Shown in pieces: positions 10,700 to 20,714 of a stretch of 64,000 nucleotides of DNA (positions are counted from its first letter, which is position 1; each line of letters opens with the position of its first letter). Position numbers and translations under genes: made by a program. Source of the stretch: Promethearchaeota archaeon (GTDB lineage: Archaea > Asgardarchaeota > Lokiarchaeia > Sigyniarchaeales > SOKP01); NCBI GenBank assembly GCA_048938855.1, contig JBHLLT010000002.1:224001-288000 (forward strand). Direction: 5' to 3'. A model generated the notes under the pieces. It was not told the origin of the DNA, made no database searches, and saw only the letters and a list, made by a program, of their open reading frames with translations.

Positions 10700-10761
10700 A
10701 AGAAAAAAGAAAGCACTGTAAGATAAAAAGTTATCTTTCAAGAAATTTATTTGAGTATAAA

Positions 10762-11652
10762 TCAAGAAATATCAAGTATCTTAGAAATAAATAAATCTCG
10801 ATCAAATAGCTCTAGATCTTCATAACCTTGCCCAGTACCAACGAAAATGATCGGTTTTTTTGTTTCAAACGATATAGATAATGCTGCACCTCCTTTAGCA
10901 TCAGCATCCAACTTAGTCAAAATATTAGAATCTATTCCCACATGTTTTTTGAATTCCTTTGCTTGGAAAAGAGCATCATTTCCAGCTAAACTATCACCAA
11001 TAAATATTACTTGATCAGGCTGAGCTATTCTACATATTTTTTGTATTTCAATCATTAAATTTTTATCAGTTACTTGGCGACCAGCAGTATCTACCAAAAC
11101 CACATCTATTTTTTTGGCCTTAGCATGCTCAATTGCGTCAAAGGCGACTGAAGCGGGATCAGATTTATAATCATGCTTTATTACTCGGATTCCGACATTA
11201 TCCATATGATAGGACAATTGCTCGATAGCTGCTGCTCGAAATGTATCAGCAGCAGCAGCAACAATCGAGAATCCATTTATTTTTAAGAAATGAGCAATTT
11301 TTGCCATAGTTGTAGTTTTCCCAGTTCCATTCACACCAAGAAATACAATTACATAGGGTAAACTCTTTTGTTTAATCAGTTCTATTAGATCAATTTCTTT
11401 TTCAGGAGTTAAGATCTCTTTAATAATTTCTTTTAATACATCAAATAGGATTTTTGGGGTTGAAGTAAAACGCCCTATTTGCTCGTCTTTAAAAAATTCG
11501 GTTATTCTATTACATATTTCATCAGCAGTATCAATTGCTACATCATTACTCAAAAGAAGTAATTTAAGCTCGTTAATCGCTTTATCCAACTTTTTTTCTG
11601 TTAATGTTTTTTTAACGAATGATGAAAATGCATTTTTTAATTTTTCAAGCAT
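10762..11652 (-). CDS. ftsY: SRP receptor FtsY
   Basis: GVNGTGKTT, DTFRAAA, DTAGR, TKLDADAKGG. Confidence 0.97.
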   Translation of the reverse strand: MLEKLKNAFSSFVKKTLTEKKLDKAINELKLLLLSNDVAIDTADEICNRITEFFKDEQIGRFTSTPKILFDVLKEIIKEILTPEKEIDLIELIKQKSLPYVIVFLGVNGTGKTTTMAKIAHFLKINGFSIVAAAADTFRAAAIEQLSYHMDNVGIRVIKHDYKSDPASVAFDAIEHAKAKKIDVVLVDTAGRQVTDKNLMIEIQKICRIAQPDQVIFIGDSLAGNDALFQAKEFKKHVGIDSNILTKLDADAKGGAALSISFETKKPIIFVGTGQGYEDLELFDRDLFISKILDIS

Positions 11653-11717
11653 TTGCTTCTCCGTAGTTCTTTAAAATTTGATTGAATAAATAACGAGAAT
11701 TAGTAAAAAATCTAATT

Positions 11718-12128
11718 TTAAGTATAAACATTTTGGAAATTTTGAGAAAGCTGTTGTAGGGCTTGATCTCTTTGTTGTATTTGAGTTGCTAAAAATTGAA
11801 TTTGTTGATTATGTTGTTCTATTAGGTTATCCAAATATTCTTTTGCGCTTTCTAAATCTTTCTCAATTACTACATCTTGTGAAACAGCTAGCAATATTTT
11901 ATTTGTATCTTTAATGGATGCTTTCACAAATATATGCCCCCCGATTGGTACCAAAATTTCATCATCTACATTGACTCCCTCCTTCAAATTTTCCACAGTT
12001 TTTTTTGTATTTATAACATTGGATAAAGAAACATTAACAAATTCTAATTGATTCTGAAGCATGTCACGATGCTCCTTTAGCTCTTGAAATCTCATGAGCT
12101 GAGCTTGATATTCTTGAGAAGGTTCCAT
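11718..12128 (-). CDS. pfdA: Prefoldin subunit alpha
   Basis: Coiled coils flanking EILVPIGG..FVKA; conserved operon position. Confidence 0.93.
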   Translation of the reverse strand: MEPSQEYQAQLMRFQELKEHRDMLQNQLEFVNVSLSNVINTKKTVENLKEGVNVDDEILVPIGGHIFVKASIKDTNKILLAVSQDVVIEKDLESAKEYLDNLIEQHNQQIQFLATQIQQRDQALQQLSQNFQNVYT

Positions 12129-12160
12129 TTAAATCAAATCTGTAAAATAATATTTTGTAA

Positions 12161-12388
12161 TTATTCTGATAATTCTCGAATAAGATGATCTTGAGATTCT
12201 TCCAGACTTAGTTCTTTGACCTCTTGAATGTTGATCTGACGTCTATATATTCCGATTGAAGTAATCTGACTTAAAACTTTTTCGAGAGCATCCTTTTCCT
12301 TTAAAGCTCGTACTTCTTTTCGAAATAAATACTTTTTATGATTCTTTCTGTAATTCCCGATAATTCTGAAAATTTTAATCTCTGACAT
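12161..12388 (-). CDS. rpl18a: 50S ribosomal protein eL20 (L18Ae/LX)
   Basis: KIFRIIG..FRKEVRALKEKDALEKV..RRQINI; conserved operon position. Confidence 0.92.
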   Translation of the reverse strand: MSEIKIFRIIGNYRKNHKKYLFRKEVRALKEKDALEKVLSQITSIGIYRRQINIQEVKELSLEESQDHLIRELSE

Positions 12389-12521
12389 AATTATTTTTAA
12401 TCATGTTTTCAAAGCTATTAAAATAGCATAATATGCTAAAAAATATTAAATTTTTTATTTTATCTTCTACAAGAATCTTAAGAAAATTATTTTCTGAAAA
12501 ATGAAATGTATCTCATGTTTA

Positions 12522-13193
12522 TCATAAACCTAATACGCTCGTAATTCTCATCATTTCAGGACCAGTACATTCGCTCCCAAAAATCCCGCTTTTATCATTT
12601 ACAACTGCTCCTGATCTTAAATAAGGTACTCCACGGTTAACGGTAGAAACATCAACTTCTTTAACTTTTAAAATTGAGGAAATATTTTCAATTTCTTCAT
12701 CTGTAGATAAAGGATGAATTAAACAGCCGTAATTATTAGCTAAAGATATTGAACCAGGAAGGTAATAATCAGCAAATTCGTAAACAACAGTCTCAACATT
12801 TAAAATATCTTCAATAGTAGTTTTATAATTTTTCAGGAAAGAGCTAACTATAGCTCCTTTATCATTGCATAAAATTAAATTTCCAAAAGCATTATCGATT
12901 GAATTCAGAACTCCGACATTATAAGAGTCATCCAAATATGATTTTAGATTATTAAGTTCATCCTCTCTAATGATGTGGGGTACAATTATTCCATATTTAT
13001 TTGAAGTAGTATATACTCCTAATAAATTAGAATTATTAATTGTAAGGGGAATAAACGGTTGCTCAAAAATAGTTTTAAATTTTATTAGTAATGGTTTTAT
13101 TAGTGTAGAAGGATAAAGAATATAAGAATTGTTTGCAGTTAAATATACTCCTACTAAACTTCTTCCAAAAATTTGAGTTCTGAGAATTGGCAA
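12522..13193 (-). CDS. eif6: Translation initiation factor 6 (aIF6)
   Basis: GNLILCNDKGA, TVNRGVPYLRSG, TGPEMMRI. Confidence 0.96.
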   Translation of the reverse strand: MPILRTQIFGRSLVGVYLTANNSYILYPSTLIKPLLIKFKTIFEQPFIPLTINNSNLLGVYTTSNKYGIIVPHIIREDELNNLKSYLDDSYNVGVLNSIDNAFGNLILCNDKGAIVSSFLKNYKTTIEDILNVETVVYEFADYYLPGSISLANNYGCLIHPLSTDEEIENISSILKVKEVDVSTVNRGVPYLRSGAVVNDKSGIFGSECTGPEMMRITSVLGL

Positions 13194-13266
13194 TTCTTTT
13201 CCTTTAATTTTATATTTCTAAAAAAGAGAAGATCGTATTCATAATTCTTTAAAAGTCTAGAGAAAA

Positions 13267-13713
13267 TTATGCTAAATAAACTACTACTAGACCATCAATA
13301 TTCTTGGTTGCTCTTACCTTTATTTTTCTTGGAGGTTTTTGAATTGACCTCTCCCATATCTTTTCATTAACTTCTTGAGTAATAACCAATGATTCTGGCT
13401 TAAAATGCCGTGAAATATACTCCTTTAAGTACCTGATTGCTTTTTTTGTTCTTTTATTTCTTGGACCTTTACGTGCTTTTGAGAGGGGAACAATGTATAT
13501 CCTCTCATCAATAATTTCTTCTTTAGGAGCCTCTTCCTCCTCAAATTCCTCTCGTTCTTCAATTTCCTCTTCAAATATCTCACTGATTTCTTCTTCTTCA
13601 GATATCTCATCTAAACTAAATTCTTCGATCTCTTCAATTTCTTCTTCTTCTTTAGAATCTCCTAATTCTTCCTCTAAATCATCCAAATCTATTTCTTTTT
13701 CCTTTTTTGCCAT
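13267..13713 (-). CDS. rpl31e: 50S ribosomal protein eL31 with acidic N-terminal extension
   Basis: ERIYIVPL..KRTKKAI..VNEKIWERSIQKPPRKIKV. Confidence 0.95.
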   Translation of the reverse strand: MAKKEKEIDLDDLEEELGDSKEEEEIEEIEEFSLDEISEEEEISEIFEEEIEEREEFEEEEAPKEEIIDERIYIVPLSKARKGPRNKRTKKAIRYLKEYISRHFKPESLVITQEVNEKIWERSIQKPPRKIKVRATKNIDGLVVVYLA

Positions 13714-13741
13714 AATATTTCAATTTTACAATTAATTGTTT

Positions 13742-13903
13742 TTAATCTCGTTTTAATCTTTTATTCCGCCATGTTCTGTTTGTATATGGGCTACTTTTTA
13801 CATTACGATTTGTTTTTAAGGTCACCCAATTTGGAATTGATTGGCTTTGTTTCATTCTTTTTGCTCTACGTAACTTTGAACCTAAACTTTTATTGCGTGC
13901 CAT
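13742..13903 (-). CDS. rpl39e: 50S ribosomal protein eL39 (53 aa; absent from ORF track)
   Basis: Manual translation MARNKSLGSKLRRAKRMKQSQSIPNWVTLKTNRNVKSSPYTNRTWRNKRLKRD. Confidence 0.95.
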   Translation of the reverse strand: MARNKSLGSKLRRAKRMKQSQSIPNWVTLKTNRNVKSSPYTNRTWRNKRLKRD

Positions 13904-13923
13904 TTTTTTAATCACTATTTTAA

Positions 13924-14265
13924 TTATTTTTTGATATTAAATTCTTTTTTTCTCCCTAAGGATGCAATTTGTTCTAAAAGTTTTTTGAATGCTTTATCAG
14001 GTAGAGGCGTTGCTCCTCTTAATTTTCCTGCTTGAAAGAGTTGAATTAATTGTATTTCTATTTGTTCAGCAAATTCAGGTTTAACTATTCGAATATTTTC
14101 TAATCTTTGTCTCCCTTCTGGTGATAAAATCTTTCGCATTAATTGATATTTTTTTGCTTCAAATTGTCTTTCCTGAGCTTCTGCTAATTGTTGTTGTACT
14201 GCTTGTTGTTTTAATTCTTCTAACTTTCTTCTTCTGATCTTCTCTAGATCTTCGTCATTACTCAC
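13924..14265 (-). CDS. PDCD5/TFAR19 family DNA-binding protein
   Basis: DLEKIRRRKLEEL, LSPEGRQRLENIRIVKPEFA. Confidence 0.93.
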   Translation of the reverse strand: MSNDEDLEKIRRRKLEELKQQAVQQQLAEAQERQFEAKKYQLMRKILSPEGRQRLENIRIVKPEFAEQIEIQLIQLFQAGKLRGATPLPDKAFKKLLEQIASLGRKKEFNIKK

Positions 14266-14290
14266 TCTATATCCCTATAAAACGCATTTT

Positions 14291-14716
14291 TTATGATTTC
14301 TGTCTTGAGATTACATGTGCCATTCTTTCTAACAAACTTGTACCTTCTGCAGAAACAACTCTTCCCTCTTTTTCCATCGGTTCAAGCAATTTTGCATTTT
14401 CTAATTGTTGCAATGCTACTCTTATTATTTTCCCACTTCCTTTAGCAGAATGATTTAGTCCAGGACCTTTTCGATTTCTTCCTCCATAAAATTTCCTAAG
14501 TTTATTCACTCCAATTGGACCATACTTCTTCACTTTTCTGAGAATTGAAGCACACCTTGTATACCAGAAATTCTCAGAATCTTGTGGAGCTAACTCTTTG
14601 AAAAAGGCCGTTTTCCAAAATTCTGAACCTTGAGGGGGTGAAATTTCAGGATACTCCTTTAATTTTTCTGCGATTGCCTCAATAAGCATTTGTGCGTTTA
14701 CTAGAAAAATCGACAT
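14291..14716 (-). CDS. rps19e: 30S ribosomal protein eS19
   Basis: WYTRCASILRK, GVNKLRKFYGG, GSGKIIRVALQQLE. Confidence 0.96.
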   Translation of the reverse strand: MSIFLVNAQMLIEAIAEKLKEYPEISPPQGSEFWKTAFFKELAPQDSENFWYTRCASILRKVKKYGPIGVNKLRKFYGGRNRKGPGLNHSAKGSGKIIRVALQQLENAKLLEPMEKEGRVVSAEGTSLLERMAHVISRQKS

Positions 14717-14811
14717 ATTAATCTTTAATTCTATCCTTCTTTAATAAATATGATACGTTTTAAAAGTCAGAATAGATTAAAAATTTTTCGTATTTTCTGT
14801 GTTCTGGAACC

Positions 14812-15072
14812 ATGAGTTATCAAAAAGAATTTAAACAAGCTTTACTGTCTCAACCACATTGCATTTTAGGCAAACACGGAGTTTCAGATGAATTTGTCAA
14901 ACACGTAACCAATTTATTAAAGAGATATAAAATTATAAAAGTTAAAGCATTGAAGTCTGTAGCAACTAAAACAAATATTAAAGAATTAGCTCAAAAGATT
15001 TCTAAATTAACTAACTCTTATTTAATAGATATCAGAGGAAGAATTTTTATACTTTCCCTCAATAAAATTTAA
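14812..15072 (+). CDS. YhbY/CRS1 RNA-binding protein
   Basis: LGKHGV..IIKVK..IDIRGRIFIL. Confidence 0.88.
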   Translation: MSYQKEFKQALLSQPHCILGKHGVSDEFVKHVTNLLKRYKIIKVKALKSVATKTNIKELAQKISKLTNSYLIDIRGRIFILSLNKI

Positions 15073-15104
15073 AAAATCATATAAAAATTTGATTAAAAGA
15101 ATAA

Positions 15105-15449
15105 ATGCCAAAACGTAATCGAAAAGTTAAATTTATTGTCAAAGATATCGCAAAATCCCGAATGCTTTATTTATTTCAAAAAGCTCATGAAGTATTTCCA
15201 GAAAATAAAAGTTTGGCAAATCGATATGTATATTTAGCAAGAAGATATTCTCAACGAGCTAAGATAAAAGTACCATTTGAATGGAAAAAACGTATATGCA
15301 ATAAATGTAAAATGTTTTTATACCCTGGTCAAAATTGTAGAGTCAGAATGCATTCACAGAAAGGAAAAGGTTCTCATATTTCACTAACTTGTTTTGAGTG
15401 TAATAAAACTACAAGGTATTTTATTAAATCGAAAAATAATAAATTTTAA
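15105..15449 (+). CDS. rnp4: RNase P protein component 4 (Rpp21)
   Basis: ANRYVYLARR, KRICNKC..PG..RVR..TCFEC. Confidence 0.93.
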   Translation: MPKRNRKVKFIVKDIAKSRMLYLFQKAHEVFPENKSLANRYVYLARRYSQRAKIKVPFEWKKRICNKCKMFLYPGQNCRVRMHSQKGKGSHISLTCFECNKTTRYFIKSKNNKF

Positions 15450-15459
15450 GAAGCTGAAG

Positions 15460-16134
15460 ATGCCACTAATATTGATATTGGTTGAATGTGGATTAGAATT
15501 AATTCCAAAACATATAAGAGATCATCCATCCGTTAAAAAAAACTTGTCATCAAAAATATATTCTTCACAACTTTTAGATAATGCATTACATCACTCCGCA
15601 ATGAAAAAATTAGTAAATTTAGAAAAAAGAGGGCGTCCTGATATTGCTCATCTATGCCTACTTAATGCTTTAGGATCTCCATTAAATAAGACTGGTAATT
15701 TAAAGCTATTCATACATACTATAAAAAATCGAATATTTGAATTTAATCCAGAAATTAGAATAACAAGAAACTACAATCGATTTAAAGGGTTAATGGCGAA
15801 ACTTTTAATCGATAATAGTATCAATGCTAATGGGAGCCAATTAATTTCTCAATTTAATGGTAATATATCTACTTTAATTAATACGTTCAAAACTACAGAT
15901 ATTTCACTATTTTCAAGCAAAGGTAAATTTATTCAGGATTATAAACAACTCTTTAAAGATGATTTTTCTAAAAATATTGTTTGTATAATAGGAGGGTTTC
16001 AGAAAAGAAACTATTCAGAAGAAATATTAAAATTATCAAAAAACATAATATCTTTATCAAAATATTCTTTAGATGCATGGGTAGTCATAAGTAAGATTAT
16101 TAATTTCTATGAACTTTATCATAACATAACGTAA
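15460..16134 (+). CDS. nep1: Nep1/Emg1 rRNA pseudouridine N1-methyltransferase
   Basis: LLDNALH, RGRPDIAH, RNYNRFKGL, IGGFQ. Start moved to ATG 15460. Confidence 0.93.
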   Translation: MPLILILVECGLELIPKHIRDHPSVKKNLSSKIYSSQLLDNALHHSAMKKLVNLEKRGRPDIAHLCLLNALGSPLNKTGNLKLFIHTIKNRIFEFNPEIRITRNYNRFKGLMAKLLIDNSINANGSQLISQFNGNISTLINTFKTTDISLFSSKGKFIQDYKQLFKDDFSKNIVCIIGGFQKRNYSEEILKLSKNIISLSKYSLDAWVVISKIINFYELYHNIT

Positions 16135-16208
16135 GTTTCCCAAAAACAGAAAAGTTATAAGAAATTAAATACTTTATTTAATACTAATTTAAATCAAATC
16201 AACAATTT

Positions 16209-16280
16209 GCGCTCGTTGTGTAGAGGTTATCATCCAGGACTTCCAATTCTGGGACCCGGGTTCAATTCCCGGCGGGCGCA
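16209..16280 (+). tRNA. tRNA-Gly(TCC), intronless
   Basis: Acceptor GCGCTCG/CGGGCGC-A, anticodon arm CAGGA-CTTCCAA-TTCTG, T arm CCGGG-TTCAATT-CCCGG. Confidence 0.95.
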
Positions 16281-16321
16281 TACTTTGAACAAATTTATTA
16301 CTGTACAATTTTGAATATAGG

Positions 16322-16351
16322 TTCGTGAAAGGATGGTTTCACGAATTTTTT
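16322..16351 (+). terminator. Hairpin plus T tract downstream of tRNA-Gly
   Basis: Perfect 9-bp inverted repeat TTCGTGAAA-ggatgg-TTTCACGAA followed by T6. Confidence 0.5.
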
Positions 16352-16590
16352 GATTTTCTTTGGAGTTCAAAGAATTTTATTTGTCATCCAAATACAAAAA
16401 GTTATATGTACAAATTTGTATGTTACTGTTGAAAAAGCGCCTGTTAAATACATTCCATTTCCATATTAGATCACTTTAATATTTGTATTAGAAAGGCGTT
16501 TTTTCATCTTTTATTTAGAAATATTCTTTACTCAATAATCTTAAATTTTTAATTAAATTATTGACCAATACTGAAAAATCAATCATTATA

Positions 16591-17727
16591 ATGGTCAATT
16601 ACATTTATAAAGAATTCAAATCAGTTTTTAATAAGTTAAAGTATCCTGATTCATGGTTTTGGTCACGTTATACTCTAAATTCCTATTCTGGATGTGCTCA
16701 TGCATGTATTTATTGTGATGCACGAAGTCAGAGATATTATTTAGAAGATTTTGAAAATGAGGTAATTATTAAAAAAAATTTTGAAAAGAAATTAGATCTA
16801 AGGCTAAAAAGAGCACGAACCTTACTACCTGATGTAATTACTCCAGGTGGCGTTAATGACGCATATCAACCGATTGAAGAAAAAATTGAACTAACTAATA
16901 AAGTCATTCAAGTCATTGCTAAATATAAATATCCAATAAATATTGCTACAAAATCAAAATTGATAACCCGAGATATTGGTATTCTTAAAAAAATTGCTTT
17001 TGATACTTGGTGTACAGTAGGATTCTCAATAACAACCACTAATGAAGAAATGGCAAAATTCTTAGAGCCATACTCTTCAAATCCATCTGAAAGGTTTGAG
17101 GCTTTAAAAGATATTAAAAAGCAAGCTCCAAATATACAAGGGGGAATGTATCTAATTCCAATAATTCCATTTTTAACTGATAGTGAGGAGAATTTAGAGA
17201 ATGTTATTAGAAAATCTAAAGAAGCAGGAGCTGATTTTGTATTATTTTCACCAGGGTTAACATTACGAGACTCACAAGCTCAATATTTCATAAATAAATT
17301 GAAAAGAAGTAAGTTTGCCAATATAATTAAACCTCTTTTGAATTTATATAAAGGAGAGATGCATCCCCCTTCTAATTATTGCAAAATCATTAATGCTAAA
17401 GCTTTGAAATTATGCCAAAAATATAAAATTAATGTACGACTAAAGCGTTGGATACCCTCAGATTATCGTAAATGGAACTATAAAATTTCAGAATTACTTC
17501 TAAATAAAGGATATATGGATTCATTAAGAACTGGAAAATCAAATAAAACTATGATGTGGGCGGGATTGAACCTTAATAATCTTGAAGAATCAATATTAAA
17601 TGTATATGAAAGAAACGAATTACATACATTGAAAAATTTTAATTCAAAGGTAATAGAATTTATTAAACCTTATTTAGAAGGAGGTAAAGATTTAAAGCAA
17701 AAAAGTGGGTTAGAGAAGTTTTTATGA
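16591..17727 (+). CDS. Spore photoproduct lyase-like (Rv2578c-type) radical SAM protein
   Basis: LNSYSGCAHACIYCDAR, DAYQPIE, IATKS. Start taken at ATG 16591 (track gives TTG 16561). Confidence 0.85.
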   Translation: MVNYIYKEFKSVFNKLKYPDSWFWSRYTLNSYSGCAHACIYCDARSQRYYLEDFENEVIIKKNFEKKLDLRLKRARTLLPDVITPGGVNDAYQPIEEKIELTNKVIQVIAKYKYPINIATKSKLITRDIGILKKIAFDTWCTVGFSITTTNEEMAKFLEPYSSNPSERFEALKDIKKQAPNIQGGMYLIPIIPFLTDSEENLENVIRKSKEAGADFVLFSPGLTLRDSQAQYFINKLKRSKFANIIKPLLNLYKGEMHPPSNYCKIINAKALKLCQKYKINVRLKRWIPSDYRKWNYKISELLLNKGYMDSLRTGKSNKTMMWAGLNLNNLEESILNVYERNELHTLKNFNSKVIEFIKPYLEGGKDLKQKSGLEKFL

Positions 17728-18461
17728 TAAGGAAAATAGTCCAGGAAGTAATAGAAGATTTGAAAATAACTGCTCCTGAATTAACATTTGAGCAAATTAA
17801 TCGAAGAAATAAAATAATTAACTCCGATAATCCCATGTTTATTTACTATGGGCACAAGATATCTGAAATTGAAAAAATTGCAAGAGCAATAGACAATAAA
17901 TATCAACTTAGTTATGAAGATTCTCTTGATGTTTTTAAAATACTTGTTAAATCTAATGTTCACGAAGAAAAATTCGCTGGGATTTTTTTTTTAAACTGCT
18001 CTAAAGTTCATTTTAATGAAACGGTTATAACAGTTTTTAAGAATGCACTTTCTAAATATTGTGATACATGGGCTTTTTGTGATACCAGTTGTATTAGAGT
18101 TCTAGGTCCATTCCTAGGGAAAAATAGGAATCAAGCATTAGCTGAATTAACTATTGATAATTGGTCTAAATCTGAATATTTATGGGTTAAACGAGCATCA
18201 TTGGTCATTCTTCTTAAGATTATTATGATTCACAGAGTATTTGATGATAAATATATTTATGATTTTGTTAACAACATGCTCAAACATCATGAAGTTTATA
18301 TTCAAAAAGGAATCGGATGGCTTTTAAAAACATGTTCTAGATATAATCCAGAATCAGTCTTTAAATATTTAATGAATAATAGAGAAAACCTCTCCAGTTT
18401 AATTCTTAGATATGCAAGTGAAAAGTTTCCCAAAGAAAAGAGAAAACTCCTTTTTAAATAA
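17724..18461 (+). CDS. AlkD-family DNA alkylation repair protein
   Basis: DTWAFCD, WSKSEYLWVKRAS, YIQKGIGWLLK; ATGA overlap with the upstream radical SAM gene. Confidence 0.88.
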   Translation: MIRKIVQEVIEDLKITAPELTFEQINRRNKIINSDNPMFIYYGHKISEIEKIARAIDNKYQLSYEDSLDVFKILVKSNVHEEKFAGIFFLNCSKVHFNETVITVFKNALSKYCDTWAFCDTSCIRVLGPFLGKNRNQALAELTIDNWSKSEYLWVKRASLVILLKIIMIHRVFDDKYIYDFVNNMLKHHEVYIQKGIGWLLKTCSRYNPESVFKYLMNNRENLSSLILRYASEKFPKEKRKLLFK

Positions 18462-18553
18462 CTTATTTTAACACTTATATAATTCTAACAAAAATATTAT
18501 AAGGAAATTATCGTTTAATAAAAACTAACTCCAAGATTTCTTGAGAACATCAA

Positions 18554-20587
18554 ATGAGATCACAATTTAAATTTGATAAAAAAAAAGGAACTATTTTACC
18601 AATTTTATTCTCTCTTTTATGTATAAGTATTATAACTTTTAATATCTCGCAAGTTAATAGCGATAAAAACCTACTACCTTATAATAATGATAATATAATT
18701 GAGCATAATTTAAAAATATCTGAATTATCGGAAAAAATATATATCAACAACAATTGGACTACCATTAAAAATGCTGGAATATGTACAGGGAATGGTACGC
18801 CTTCCGATCCATATATTATAAAAGATTTAATAATTGATGGTAAAGGTTCAGGAAGCTGTATTTGGATAGAAAACTCTAATGCTTATTTCAAAATTAAAAA
18901 CTGTACACTTTTTAATTCAGGAAATGGATGGGGTGATTCAGGAATCTGTTTGTTTTTTGTAAATAATTCTCAAATCCTTAATAATACATGTTTAAATAAT
19001 TTCTACGGGATTTACTTGTATAGTAGTTATAATAACCATATTAAAGAAAATAAGGTAAATAGTAATCAAGATGGAATATATTTAAGCGGTGGAGCTTTTA
19101 ATAATGTATCACAAAATAACGCTTATGGTAATGAAAACTATGGGATTACTTTATTTTCTAATCAGAACAATACTATATCAAAAAATTTATTAATGAATAA
19201 TCTCTATGGGATAGAATTGGATACAAGCAATGATAATAGAATTTTAAAGAATACTCTAAATAAGAATGATGAACGAGGAATTAGTTTATACTACGTAGAG
19301 AATAATTCCATCACTGAAAATTACATAGGTGATAGCTATTTTGGAATATACTTATTTGTAAGTAAGAATAACAACATCTCTAATAATAAAGTAAATAACA
19401 ACCAAATAGGAGTATTTTTATATTTATGTTATAATGACTTAATCTTAGGAAATAATGTGAGTGATAATGAAGTTGCATTATTTTTACGCGACTGCGAGAA
19501 TACTGTCGCTTCAAGCAATTTTTTTAATAATTGTGGAATTTTTCTCTCGGGGGAGCTAAATCTTCTGATTTCCCATGATCTTGATACTTCAAATCTAATT
19601 AATGGAAGACCACTATATTTTTATACTAGTAGATTGAATTTAGGGTCAAATGATTTCTTTAATGCAGGACAAGTAATATTAGTAGATTGTAATGATTCAA
19701 AAATATCTGATTTACATATTTCTGATGCTTCCCTTGGAATTTCACTTTATTATTGCAATAATATTAATATTTCGAGAAATGAGATTAAATATAATAAGGT
19801 TCATGGGTTCAACTTAAATTATTGTTTCAATATTAGTTTATGTAATAACAATATGAGTGAGAATGAGAATGGAGTTTACTTAGAAAATAGTGATTTTAAT
19901 TTGATTTTTGACAATTTAATATTTAGAAATAACAAAGGAATACATTTGATAAATAGTACTGAAAATAGAATATCAGAAAACATAATATATAATGAAAATG
20001 TTAATGGGATATATTTAGAGGCAAGTATTGGTAATTCAGTTTTAGATAATAACATTTTTGAGAATAATATTGGAATTTATTTTAGTTCTTATAGCAATTA
20101 CAATACTATTTCAGGAAATATTGTTAATTACAATACGTGGGGTATTTATTTAGAAGTTAGTGATTACAATTCTGTTTTCGATAATACCGCAAATTCTAAT
20201 ACAGAATCTGGGATTTATATCACTTTGAGTTTTGACAATACTATTTCGGAAAACACCGCAAATAATAATAATGGATCAGGTATATTTCTCTTCAAAAGTG
20301 ATTATACTGTTGTTTCGAGGAATACAGTAAATAATAACAATAGGGGGATCTATTTATATTTCAGTGATTATAACAGAATTTTTGGAAATACACTAATAGG
20401 AAATAATGAATGTATCGCAGAAGATCAATGTCAAGAAAATGTATTTAGAAATAATGGTTCATGTTCCTATGGTATCATAATATCAGATATTTCAATGTAT
20501 ATTCTATTTGCGGCACTTGGTATTGTCTCTGCTGTGATTCTTATCATAAGTGTATTCGTGAAAAAATCTTCAAAAGCAAAATCGTAA
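18554..20587 (+). CDS. NosD/CASH right-handed beta-helix surface protein
   Basis: N-terminal signal/TM segment, GNGTPSDPYII, many GIYL..S..N.I..N repeats, C-terminal TM and basic tail. Confidence 0.88.
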   Translation: MRSQFKFDKKKGTILPILFSLLCISIITFNISQVNSDKNLLPYNNDNIIEHNLKISELSEKIYINNNWTTIKNAGICTGNGTPSDPYIIKDLIIDGKGSGSCIWIENSNAYFKIKNCTLFNSGNGWGDSGICLFFVNNSQILNNTCLNNFYGIYLYSSYNNHIKENKVNSNQDGIYLSGGAFNNVSQNNAYGNENYGITLFSNQNNTISKNLLMNNLYGIELDTSNDNRILKNTLNKNDERGISLYYVENNSITENYIGDSYFGIYLFVSKNNNISNNKVNNNQIGVFLYLCYNDLILGNNVSDNEVALFLRDCENTVASSNFFNNCGIFLSGELNLLISHDLDTSNLINGRPLYFYTSRLNLGSNDFFNAGQVILVDCNDSKISDLHISDASLGISLYYCNNINISRNEIKYNKVHGFNLNYCFNISLCNNNMSENENGVYLENSDFNLIFDNLIFRNNKGIHLINSTENRISENIIYNENVNGIYLEASIGNSVLDNNIFENNIGIYFSSYSNYNTISGNIVNYNTWGIYLEVSDYNSVFDNTANSNTESGIYITLSFDNTISENTANNNNGSGIFLFKSDYTVVSRNTVNNNNRGIYLYFSDYNRIFGNTLIGNNECIAEDQCQENVFRNNGSCSYGIIISDISMYILFAALGIVSAVILIISVFVKKSSKAKS

Positions 20588-20714
20588 TGAGATTAGTTTA
20601 AATAAGCATTACACATACATGAAAAAACTTTATATGATATTTTTTCCTTTTTAAATTACGAATTTTGATATTTTGAAAACTTAAACGTTTTATAAAATAT
20701 AAATTCTCAGTACC

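Noticed and set aside
13425-13735. Ser-rich (13493..13735) and Lys/Arg-rich (13425..13610) ORFs
   Set aside because: Shadow frames of the GAA-rich acidic extension of eL31.
18554-20587. Repetitive DNA suggesting a repeat array
   Set aside because: Degenerate beta-helix protein repeats, not DNA repeats or CRISPR. No repeat-spacer array was seen anywhere in the window.
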